Source: Ranitomeya imitator (Eukaryota). From it: a stretch of DNA of 64,000 nucleotides. The position numbers were made by a program, and so were the translations under genes. Location: the NCBI RefSeq assembly GCF_032444005.1, contig NC_091289.1, positions 171,554,001-171,618,000 of the forward strand. Reading direction: 5' to 3'. This document shows, in pieces, positions 25,251 through 35,876 of the stretch (position 1 is the first letter of the stretch; the number at the start of each line of letters is the position of its first letter). Under the pieces are notes generated by a model that saw nothing but the letters and a program-made list of their open reading frames with translations, searched no databases and had not been told where the DNA came from.

Positions 25251-28200
25251 CCCCTTAACCCCCAAAGGTGGTTTGCACGTTAATGACCGGGCCAATTTTT
25301 TTACAATTCTGACCACTGTCCCTTTATGAGGTTATAACTCTGGAACGCTTCAACAGATCCCGGTGATTCTGACACTGTTTTCTCGTGACATATTGTACTT
25401 CGTGATAGTCATAAAATTTCTTTGATATTACTTGCGTTTATTTGTGAAATAAACAAATTTGGCGCAAATTTTGAAAATTTCGCAATTTTCCAACTTTGAA
25501 TTTTTATGCCCTTAAATCACAGAGATGTGTCACACAAAATACTTAATAAGTAACATTTCCCACATGTCTACTTTACATCAGCACAATTTTGGAACCAACA
25601 TTTTTTTTTGTTAGGGAGTTATAAGGGTTAAAAATTGACCAGCAATTTCTCATTTTTACAACACCATTTTTTGTAGGGACCACATCACATTTGAAGTCAT
25701 TTTGAGGGGTCTATATGATAGAAAATAACCAAGTGTGGCACCATTCTAAAAACTACACCCCTCACGGTGCTCAAAACCACATTCAAGAAGTTTATTAACT
25801 CTTCAGGTGTTTCACAGGAATTTTTGGAATGTTTAAAAAAAAAAAATGAACATTTAACTTTTTTTCACAAAAAAATTACTTCAGATCCAATTTGTTTTAT
25901 TTTACCAAGGGTAACAGGAGAAATTGGCCCCCAAACGTTGTTGTGCAATTTATCCTGAGTACGCCGATACCCCATATGTGGGGGTAAACCACTGTTTGGG
26001 CGCATGGCAGAGCTCGGAAGGGAAGGAGCGCCATTTGACTTTTCAATGGAAAATTGACTGGAATTGAGATGGAACGCCATGTCGCGTTTGGAGAGCCCCT
26101 GATGAGCCAAAACATTGAAACCCCCCACGAGTGACACCATTTTGGAAAGTAGACCCCCTAAGGAACTTATCTAGATGTGTTGTGAGAACTGTGAACCCCC
26201 AAGTGTTTCACTAGTTTATAACGCAGAGCGGTGAAAATAGAAAATCTTTTTTTTTTCCACAAAAATTATTTTTTTAGTCCCGTTTTGTATTTTCCCAAGG
26301 GTAACAGGAGAAATTGGACCCCAAAGATTGTTGTCCAATTTGCCCTGAGTACGCTGATATCCCATATGTGGGGGGAGGAACCACCATTTGGGCGCATGGC
26401 AGAGCTCGGAAGGGAAGGAGCGCCATTTGGAATGCAGACTTAGATGGATTGGTCTGCAGGCGTCACATTGCATTTGCAGAGCCCTTGATGTACCTAAACA
26501 GTAGAAACCCCCCACAAGTGACCCCATATTGGAAACTAGACACCCAAGGAACTTATCTAGATGTGTTGCGAGAACTTTGAACCCCCAAGTGTTTCACTAT
26601 AGTTTATAACGCAGAGCCGTGAAAATAAAAAATCTTTTTTTTTCCCAAAAATTATTTTTTAGCTCCCGGTTTTGTATTTTCCCAAGGGTAACGGGATAAA
26701 TTGGACCCCAAAAGTTGTTGTCCAATTTGTCCTGAGTACGCTGATACCCCATATGTTGGGGTAAACCCCTGTTTGGGCACACGGGAGAGCTCGGAAGGGA
26801 AGGAGCACTGTTTTACTTTTTCAACGCAGAATTGGCTGGAATTGAGATCGGACGCCATGTCGCGTTTGGAGAGCCCCTGATGTGCCTAAACAGTGGAAAC
26901 CCCCAATTATAACTGAAACAATAATCCAAACACATCCCTAACCCTAATCCCAACCCTATCCATAACCCTAACTACACCCCTAACCCGAACATGCCCCTAG
27001 CCCTAATCTCAACCACACCCCTAACCCCAACACACCCTAACCCTAATCCCAACCATAACCCTAACCACACCCCTAACCCTAATTCCAACCGTAAATGTAA
27101 TCCAAACCCTAACTTTAGCCCCAACCCTAACCCTAACTTTAGCCACAACCCTAACCCTAATGGGAAAATGGAAATATATATTTTTTTATTTTATTATTTT
27201 TCCCTAACTAAGGGGGTGATGAAGGGGGGTTTGATTTACTTTTATAGTGGGTTTTTTAGGGGATTTTTATGTTTGGCAGCCGTCCCACACTAAAAGACGC
27301 TTTTTATTGAAAAAAATAGTTTTTGCGTCTCCACATTTTGAGAGCTATAATTTTTCCGTATTTTGGTCCACACAGTCATGTGAGGTCTTGTCTTTTGCGG
27401 GACGAGTTGACGTTTTTAGTGGTACCATTTTCGGGCACGTGACATTTTTTAATCGCTTTTTATTCCGATTTTTGTGAGGCAGAACGACCAAAAAAAGCTA
27501 TTTATGTTTTTTTTTTTTTTAGGGGGAGAAGGAAGGGTGCGGGGGGGCTGGGGGGGCGTTTATACCGCTCCACGTTTGGTAAAATTGACAAAGCAGTTTT
27601 ATTCTTCGGGTCAGTACGATTACAGCGATACCTCATTTACATAATTTTTTTATGTTTTGGTGCTTTTATACGATAAAAACTATTTTATATAAAAAAATTA
27701 TTGTTTTTGCATCGCTTTATTCTGAGGACTATAACTTTTATATGTTTTAGCTGATGATGCTGTATGGCGGCTCGTTTTTTGCGGGACAAGATTACATTCT
27801 CAGCAGTACCATGATTATTTATATCTGTATTTTTGATCGCGTGTTATTCCACTTTTTGTTCGGTGGTATGATAATAAAGCGTTGTTTTTTGGCTTTTTTT
27901 TTTTTTACGGTGTTCACTGAAGGGGTTAGCTAGTGGGACAGTTTTACAGGTCGGGTCGTTACGGACGCGGCCATACTAAATATGTGTTTATTGTTTTGTT
28001 TTTTTAAATTTAGATAAAGAAATGTATTTATTGGAACAATATTTTTTTTTCTTTATTTAGGAATTTTTTTTACACATCTAAATATTTTTTTTCTTCAATT
28101 TTTTACTTTGTTCCGGGGTGGGGGGGGGGGGAAGGTATGGGGACATGACTATATAGGGTCAGGTTGCTGAGATGACACTTTGCTTGCAAGCCTCCTCCCT

Positions 28201-28529
28201 GCAGGGCCCGGAAGGCCCCCCCGTGGCCATTTTGGATCCAGGCCTGCAGGGATCACATTGCGTTGCTCCGAGGGTCTCAGGGAAGCACGTAGGGAGCCCC
28301 CTCCCTGCGCGATGCTTCCCTGTGCCGCTGCGATCATGTTTGATCACAGTGTTCCGGGTGTTAATGTGCCGGGAGTGGTCCGTGACCGCTCCTGGCACAT
28401 AGTGCTGGATGTCAGCTGTAATAATCAGCTGACACCCGATGGCTGATCGCGCTGGACGTACTATCCCGTCACTGGGAATAAAGTCCCAGGTCACCTCCAT
28501 GGGATAGTACGTCCAATGGGATTAAGGGG
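25251..28529. mobile_element. 3.3-kb non-autonomous piggyBac-like element with internal ~390-bp triplication and a telomere-like tract
   Basis: TTAA-ccccttaa left end, ttaaggggt-tga right end; subterminal gggatagtacgtcc shared with the 4.36-kb element. Confidence 0.7.
26930..27160. repeat. Degenerate (CCCTAA)n telomere-like tract
   Basis: Many ccctaa/cctaac units with variants. Confidence 0.85.
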
Positions 28530-28534
28530 TTGAA

Positions 28535-28745
28535 GAGTTTTAATTTTTAGCTGACTTTGACCACAAGTGTTCAGTTCATCAATAGAAGTATCATCACTTT
28601 ATACAAATATTGATCACAATTTAGGTTTTGAATATGTAGGCCATTATTTTAATCAGGACGAAAAGATTACAGAAATTCACAAAACCTTTCTACTTGGAGG
28701 ATTATATTTCATCCTCACCAATAATGTCATTTTTGATAATTGTAC
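28535..28745 (+). mobile_element. Penelope-like reverse transcriptase fragment
   Basis: IEVSSLYTNIDHNLG...FLLGGLYFILTNNVIFD resembles the PLE RT motif DVxSLYTNI..H..G...L..N.F.F. Confidence 0.7.
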
Positions 28746-28746
28746 A

Positions 28747-29709
28747 TAGTTATGCTCAAAAGTTTACATACCCCAGCATAATGTTTGCTTTCTTGGCCTT
28801 TTGTCAGAGAATATGAATGATAACACCAAAACTTTTTCTCCACTCATACTTAGGCCCCTTTCACAAATCAGTTTTTTGCCATCAGTCACAATCGGATCCG
28901 TCGCAGATTGTGAAGGATCCGTTTTTTCGCCGGATCCGACTAGAAGATCTGGCTAATTGGATCCTAAAAAAAAATCGGAGTATGCTTAGTTTAAAAAAAC
29001 GGAATCCATTGCCGGATTTTGTCATTTGATGGATCTGGCGCCCATAGGCTTCCATTTGAGCAAATGATGGACGGCGACGCATCTGTCGCTGTCCGTTTTT
29101 TTTTCAACGTACACAAAAAACGGTACTTTGTCTGTCTCCCGCCGCCGGATAAACAATTTTCAACGGATCCGGCGAACGACGGATGAAACGTGAGGCCATC
29201 CGTCGCTAATACAAGTCTATGAGAAAAAAAAACAGATCCAGTGGCATCTGTCACTAGATCCATTTTTTTAAAAATTCGACAAATTGCGACGGATAGCAAA
29301 AAACTGATGTGTGAAAGGGGCCTTAGTGGCTGGGTGAAGCCATTTATTGTCAAACTACTGTGTTTTCTCTTTTTAAATCATAAAGACAACCCAAAACATC
29401 CAAATGACCCTGATGAAAAGTTCACATACCCTGGTGATTTTGGCCTGATAACATGCACAGAAGTTGACACAAATGGGTTTTAATGGCTACGAAAGGTAAC
29501 ATCCTCACCTGTGACCTGTTTGCTTGTAATCATTGTGTGCATAAAAGCTGAGTGACTTTCTGGGATCCAGACAGACTCTTGCATCTTTCATCCAGCCACT
29601 GAGGTTTCTGGATTGTGAGTCATGGGAAAAGCAAAAGAATTGTCAACGGATCTCCGGGAAAAGGTAGTTGAATTGTATAAAAAAGGAAAGGGATACAAAA
29701 AAAGATATC
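28747..29709 (+). mobile_element. 5' part of a Tc1 element (truncated transposase from ATG 29622)
   Basis: agttatgctcaaaagtttacatacccc terminus; MGKAKELSTDLREKVVELYKKGKGYKK paired-like HTH start. Confidence 0.8.
28853..29322. mobile_element. Harbinger-type MITE nested in the Tc1
   Basis: TTA TSD on both sides; TIR ggcccctttcaca / tgtgaaaggggcc. Confidence 0.8.
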
Positions 29710-30515
29710 GGTAGCCAAGATCCTGCAGATTTTCCAATGCTGGGGAGGCGCTATACCCTTATTTCTCAGCACTGTTAAAAAGCGGCGCTGAGGAATAAGT
29801 ACCCTTAACCGTTAAAAGGCATATCGGCGGTCGTTAAGGGGTTAATGCAAGAGTATCATATTTTGAAAACAAATAAACAAAAAAGAGAAAGCCCAATGGA
29901 TTTTAATAATGTTCTGTTTCAGTACGTGAGAAGGATCCCCTAAGCCTGGGGGTGCAGCAGAAAGATCCAGATGGAATAATGGAAGCTGTAGGTGCAAAAA
30001 GGCAAGAGGAGCAAAAGGGAATCACGGGATCTGATGAGATAGAGGTGAGCAAACGGCAGCAGGCGTGACAAGGAAGCCAAGGAGACTTGGGGTACCGTCA
30101 CACTATACGATTTACCTATGATCACGACCAGCGATATGACCTGGCCGTGATCATAGGTAAATCGTAGTGTGGTCGCTGGAGAGCTGTCACACAGCCGAAG
30201 TCCCCGGGTAACCAGGGTAAACATCGGGTTACTAAGCGCAGGACCGCGCTTAGTAGCCCTATGTTTACCCTGGTTACCAGCGTAAAAACAAACAAACAGC
30301 ACATACTTACATTCCGGTGTCTGTCCCTTGCCGTCTGTTTCCCGCACTCACTGACTGCCGGCCGTAAAGTGAAAGCACAGCACAGCGGTGACGTCACCGC
30401 TGTGCTCTGCTTTCACTTTACGGCCGGCAGTCACTGAGTGCGGGAAGCAGACTGCAAGGGACCTGACGGACACCAGAATGTAAGTATGTGCTGTTTTTTT
30501 TTTTTTAGTTTTACG

Positions 30516-31128
30516 CTTATTCATCAATGATCTGGTAGAAGGTTTACACAGTAAAATATCGATATTTGCAGATGATACAAAACTATGTAAAGCAGTTAAT
30601 ACAAGAGAAGATAGTATTCTGCTACAGATGGATCTGGATAAGTTGGAAACTTGGGCTGAAAGGTGGCAGATGAGGTTTAACAATGATAAATGTAAGGTTA
30701 TACACATGGGAAGAAGGAATCAATATCACCATTACACACTGAACGGGAAACCACTGGGTAAATCTGACAGGGAGAAGGACTTGGGGATCCTAGTTAATGA
30801 TAAACTTACCTGGAGCAGCCAGTGCCAGGCAGCAGCTGCCAAGGCAAACAGGATCATGGGGTGCATTAAAAGAGGTCTGGATACACATGATGAGAGCATT
30901 ATACTGCCTCTGTACAAATCCCTAGTTAGACCGCACATGGAGTACTGTGTCCAGTTTTGGGCACCGGTGCTCAGGAAGGATATAATGGAACTAGAGAGAG
31001 TACAAAGGAGGGCAACAAAATTAATAAAGGGGATGGGAGAACTACAATACCCAGATAGATTAGCAAAATTAGGATTATTTAGTCTAGAAAAAAAAAAGAC
31101 GACTGAGGGGCGATCTAATAACCATGTA
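30516..31128 (+). mobile_element. CR1 LINE ORF2 3' fragment (RT C-terminus), interrupted by a Helitron
   Basis: FINDL...FADDTKL...WQMRFNNDKCKVIHMG...LYKSLVRPHMEYCVQFW...LERVQRRATK...LGLFSLEK.RRLRGDLITMY. Confidence 0.92.
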
Positions 31129-31655
31129 TCTATATATATAATTGTCTAAGGGTTTTTCCGTCTGTCTGTCTGTCTTTCTGTCTGTCTGTCTGTCCTGGAA
31201 ATCCCGGCTCTCTGATTGGTCGAGGCCGCCAGGCCTCAACCAATCAGAGACCGGCACAGCATCGACGTAGAAATCCCGCGTCTCTGATTGTTCGAGGCCG
31301 CCAGGCCTCGACCAATCAGCAACGGGCACAGCGACGATGATGTCATAAAGGACGTAGAAATCCCGTGTCTGATTGGTCGAGGCCGCCAGGCCTCGACCAA
31401 TCAGCAACGGGCACAGCGATGATGATGTCATAAAGGACATAGACATCTCACGTTTCTGATTCAGCGACGGGCACAGTATCGACGTAGATGTCATAATGGT
31501 TGCCATGGCGACGATGATGTCATAAAGGTTGCCTCGACCAATCAGCGATGGGCACAGTGTGCCGTGAATTCTGGAATCATCATTGTCCACATACTACGGG
31601 GACATGCATATTCTAGAATACCCGATGCGTTAGAATCGGGCCACAAGACTTCTAG
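31129..31655 (+). mobile_element. Non-autonomous Helitron with altered 3' end
   Basis: A|TC 5' junction; 3' hairpin cccgat-N8-atcggg (31621-31640), then CTAG at 31652; internal CCAAT palindromes. Confidence 0.8.
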
Positions 31656-31730
31656 CTAGCTTGGACCGCGCTATACAGCCGCGGCGGCTAGCCGCTATAC
31701 AGGCCGCTTTACTAGACTGGCCGGGGCGCA

Positions 31731-31858
31731 TCAATATAGAAGTGTCAGGAGGACTGATCAATATAGAAGTGTCAGGAGGACTGATCAATATAGAAGTGTC
31801 AGGAGGACTGATCAATATAGAAGTGTCAGGAGGACTGATCAATATAGAAGTGTCAGGA
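31731..31858 (+). repeat. 27-bp tandem array (atcaatatagaagtgtcaggaggactg); further copies at 32177-32237 (+) and 32630-32690 (-)
   Basis: Read directly. Confidence 0.92.
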
Positions 31859-31906
31859 GCCGCGCCCCGCCCGCCGGCGGGGCCTAGCTTCTGGACTTTT
31901 TTGCAG

Positions 31907-31989
31907 ATCTTCTTTGAGGATGAAATGTCTCAGTCCTTTTACCAGGTAGATCCGGACAAGACATTACTCCAGGTCCTGCAGCACAGCAG
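31907..31989 (+). pseudogene. Inverted duplicate of TTC4 exon 9 with acceptor and donor
   Basis: Matches the reverse complement of 36762-36844, flanked by ttttttgcag and gtgagg. Confidence 0.93.
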
Positions 31990-32245
31990 GTGAGGACTAC
32001 AGCATACTTAGGAATGAATGATGTGTGTTGTCAGCCGGCGTCCGCCGGCGTGTATTATTAGGTTCTGTAGAAGGACGTAGATCTGGGGATTTATTATGAT
32101 GGAATATAGGCTGAACTGGATGGAAAAAAAAGCTAGCCGCTATACAGGCCGCTTTACTAGACTGGCCGGGGCGCATCAATATAGAAGTGTCAGGAGGACT
32201 GATCAATATAGAAGTGTCAGGAGGACTGATCAATATAAGGCCGCC

Positions 32246-32567
32246 GCCCCATTGCCTTCCTCTGAATCAATATGTTACGACATAGGCCTTCAGTCTAAAA
32301 AGCAAAAAAAGAATTCCAGCTCGACGAGGCAGTGAAAAGTAAAAATTCAGTCTAAAAAACATAAAACTTTTCAAGCTCGACAAAATTATTTAAAAAAAAA
32401 AAAAGTTTGATTACTCTGTAACTTAGGAAAAAACAACACACATCATTCATTCCTAAGTATGCTGTAGTCCTCACCTGCTGTGCTGCAGGACCTGGAGTAA
32501 TGTCTTGTCCGGATCTACCTGGTAAAAGGACTGAGACATTTCATCCTCAAAGAAGATCTGCAAAAAA
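32246..32567 (-). pseudogene. Direct duplicate of TTC4 exon 9 (32475-32557) plus about 230 nt of intron 9
   Basis: Matches 36532-36854; the only difference I saw is one base in an A-run (13 vs 14). Confidence 0.93.
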
Positions 32568-32738
32568 GTCCAGAAGCTAGGCCTAGCGCGGCGCGGCTCC
32601 GCCCGGCGCCCCCGGGCTGCGGCGTTGCATTCTATATTGATCAGTCCTCCTGACACTTCTATATTGATCAGTCCTCCTGACACTTCAATATTCTATGCGT
32701 AGAAGTAGAAGTGACCCGCATAGGCGGGTACGGCCGTG

Positions 32739-32846
32739 GCAATTCCAGATTCTCACTGCCCTAACAGTAAAGAATCCTCTTCTATGTTGGTGGAAAAACC
32801 TTCTCTCCTCCAGACGCAAAGAATGCCCCCTTGTGCCCGTCACCTT
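32739..32846 (-). mobile_element. Inverted CR1 ORF2 C-terminal fragment
   Basis: VTGTRGHSLRLEERRFFHQHRRGFFTVRAVRIWN is the typical CR1 ORF2 terminus. Confidence 0.85.
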
Positions 32847-34129
32847 AGCGAAATACTTTGCAGCTGTAATGCACATTACAACCACTAGATGGCACATGCA
32901 ACAAACCACATCGAAAAATAAATCACTTCGACCAAGGTGTATGGTAAGGAAGAATGCACCAATATAGGTTTATAAAATAAGCTTTAAAAAAGGAGTAATG
33001 AAAAACAATATAAATATCTTTATTATTACATAGTTAAAAATAATAAAAACAAGTTATTTGGTAAAAGAACGTTCGTTCCTAAATGTCAGCGCCGAGCTAA
33101 GCAGTGCAACAAAAAAGAAAAGGTGGATGTCAATAATTGGGGTGTGCAAACCACAGAAAATGAGACTCTGGACAACTCCCAGATGGAGTCTATCATACAT
33201 GAATCTGAAGAAAAACAGATATCAAGGATTGATTAGAGCAGCGCAACAGATCTACAATTGTTCTGAATAGCTGGGGTAGATTCCTAATTCTGGTGCCCAT
33301 ACTTTAGTTACATTCAATCTTTACATATGTAGCTAAACTATTTGGTACTTCTATAAAGAATTACTTGGGAGTATCATTAATCTATGCAGAGCACTATCTC
33401 TGTTATTTTATATAACTTATTTTTTTGGACCATTAGACGGGGGAAAATAGGAAAAACATTTATCCTATTAATACTTCCCTGGAGGTGTAAAGTGGAAGGG
33501 CCATTATCACTAATTTTAATGTACTAGAGTAGAATAGAGAGGTAATAAATCAGTTGTTGGTGTTTCTCTGCAGTGTGTATTATACACACATAGCTCTACT
33601 ACATGTAAATCTACAGACATACACAGCTCTGCTACATGTACAATTACACACACACAGCTCTGTTACATGCACATTTGCATACACACACACACACATACAC
33701 ACAACTTAACTCGTGCCCTGGCTGGTTGACTCGAGCAAGGATTGTGGCCCCACTGTACCACGAACCAGACTACCCTGGAAGGGCGTGACTAAGCAGCTAC
33801 CTTGGTATTCACTGGAGCCTCTAGTGGTGAGGTCAGGCTTGTGCGGCAGGTACCACTCCAGGGCGGTGTCTGGCTGTGGCTGCTGATCCCACTGGGGGAC
33901 GGAACACTGGTGACAGGTGCGGGCAAGTACAGACGAGCACAACTTGTACTTCTGGCATGCAGGCGGGCGGGCACGGCTGGCGAGCCTGTAACTGGTTCGG
34001 GTAGGACAGGAACATAGGCAGGTACGAGTGGGAAAAGGGAACAGGTACGAACTAGTTCAGACTGAAGGGACAGGAACCAGTAGGATCCAGCACAGACTAA
34101 AGGGACAGGAACCGCAGGGATCAGAGCAG

Positions 34130-34568
34130 AACCGCACGGTGAGCGGCAGAGGCACAACCGCACGGTGAGCGGCAGAGGCACAACCGCACGGTGAGCGGCA
34201 GAGGCACAACCGCACGGTGAGCGGCAGAGGCACAACCGCACGGTGAGCGGCAGAGGCACAACCGCACGGTGAGCGGCAGAGGCACAACCGCACGGTGAGC
34301 GGCAGAGGCACAACCGCACGGTGAGCGGCAGAGGCACAACCGCACGGTGAGCGGCAGAGGCACAACCGCACGGTGAGCGGCAGAGGCACAACCGCACGGT
34401 GAGCGGCAGAGGCACAACCGCACGGTGAGCGGCAGAGGCACAACCGCACGGTGAGCGGCAGAGGCACAACCGCACGGTGAGGGGCAGAGGCACAACCGCA
34501 CGGTGAGCGGCAGAGGCACAACCGCACGGTGAGCGGCAGAGGCACAACCGCACGGTGAGCGGCAGAGG
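34130..34568. repeat. 26-bp minisatellite, about 17 near-identical copies, inside an LTR-like insert in a cacacagctctgctacatg array
   Basis: Unit accgcacggtgagcggcagaggcaca. Confidence 0.95.
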
Positions 34569-35773
34569 ACAGAGCTCACAGCATGGCCAGGAGTGGTGAG
34601 TAAAAGGGGAGATAGGAAGCCATGCAGTGATGGTACATAACTGCATGTACATTTACTCAGATACAGCTCTGCTACATACACATTTCTATACACAAAGCTT
34701 TGCTACATGCACACAGCCCTGCTACATGCACACTTGCACACACAGCTCTGCTACAGGCACACACACAGCTCTGCTACATGCACACACACAGCTCTGCTAC
34801 ATGCACACACACAGCTCTGCTACATGCACACTTGCATACACACAGCTCTGCTACATGTACTTTTACTCAGACATCTTGCAGTTCCTGACGGGGTCTAAAT
34901 GGTAGTTTCACAAGCAGAGCAGCTGAAGGACCTTCTACTCAATTACCTGAAGGAGATCTTTATATTTTTTCTAACTATATTATTTTAACTCACCCATTTG
35001 AAGCCTAACATTTTTTCTGTCTGATGTTGTATGTTTTTGATATTTTTAACTATGTAATAATAAAGATTATATAGATTTTTTTTACATTTAATTATTGGGC
35101 TCTGCACTCCTTTTTGATTTTTTTGTTCAAATAGAAGTATATATTTTAGGGACATCGCTTCATGTTGGTCTAATATATGTTTATATTTAAAACCCTTTTA
35201 TAGGTTTGTGTAATCACAAGACAGCCTTCCGATTACCGAATATCTGTAATAAAAGTAAGGCCATGTTTTTGGCTGGTGATTAAAGATGTTTCCCCTCTTT
35301 CTACACCATATTAGATAATATGGACATTACAGAGGGGGGTTCGCTGCTAAACCCAAGGGGAATCACTCTGGTTGACCCAATCATCATAAAATACCACAAA
35401 CTATTAGAGGTATTGCACAAGATTAGAGAAATATGGCTGCTGTCTTCCAAAGTTCAACCACACTTGTAAATTGGTTGTGTTTGGTAACACAAACCCCATA
35501 TGACCTGTGGACAGGTGCAGCACCGCTTTTGGAAGAAATCAGCCATGTTTTTGTGATCCTGGAATACCCCTTTAACCTCAAGGCTAAGAGAGGCCAAAGC
35601 AATAGGCAATATCACTGCTGTGGTTTAGTGGTGCACACTTCCACGGTGGTGATTCTTCTGCAAACTGCAACAATAATGAAAATAGCGCTGAACCCTCCTA
35701 AAACAATAGAGGCAGAGATTACAGCCGTCAGGTCGACAGGACATTATGTCAGAGTTCATAAAACCTTTATGTA

Positions 35774-35876
35774 TCAGCGTATCCTGTGAAGTTTTTTGTC
35801 ACAAAAATATTTATTACAGAAAGGGGATTGCTTAGCAAAAATGAGGAATGATGGCGTCCCGGATTTCACACAAAAC
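35774..35876 (-). CDS. TTC4: TTC4 terminal coding exon
   Basis: tcctag| acceptor. Encodes FCVKSGTPSFLIFAKQSPFCNKYFCDKKLHRIR*. The 10 exons sum to 1158 nt = 385 aa + stop. Confidence 0.93.

Noticed and set aside
31661-31993. 110-aa ORF fusing NIEVSGGLI repeats to TTC4 exon 9 as a new gene
   Set aside because: It starts at a non-ATG codon, is built from a 27-bp array and filler, and has no expression evidence; treated as part of the rearrangement.
33789-34693. Cys/Arg-rich ORFs of 162-287 aa
   Set aside because: Products of the 26-bp tandem repeat.
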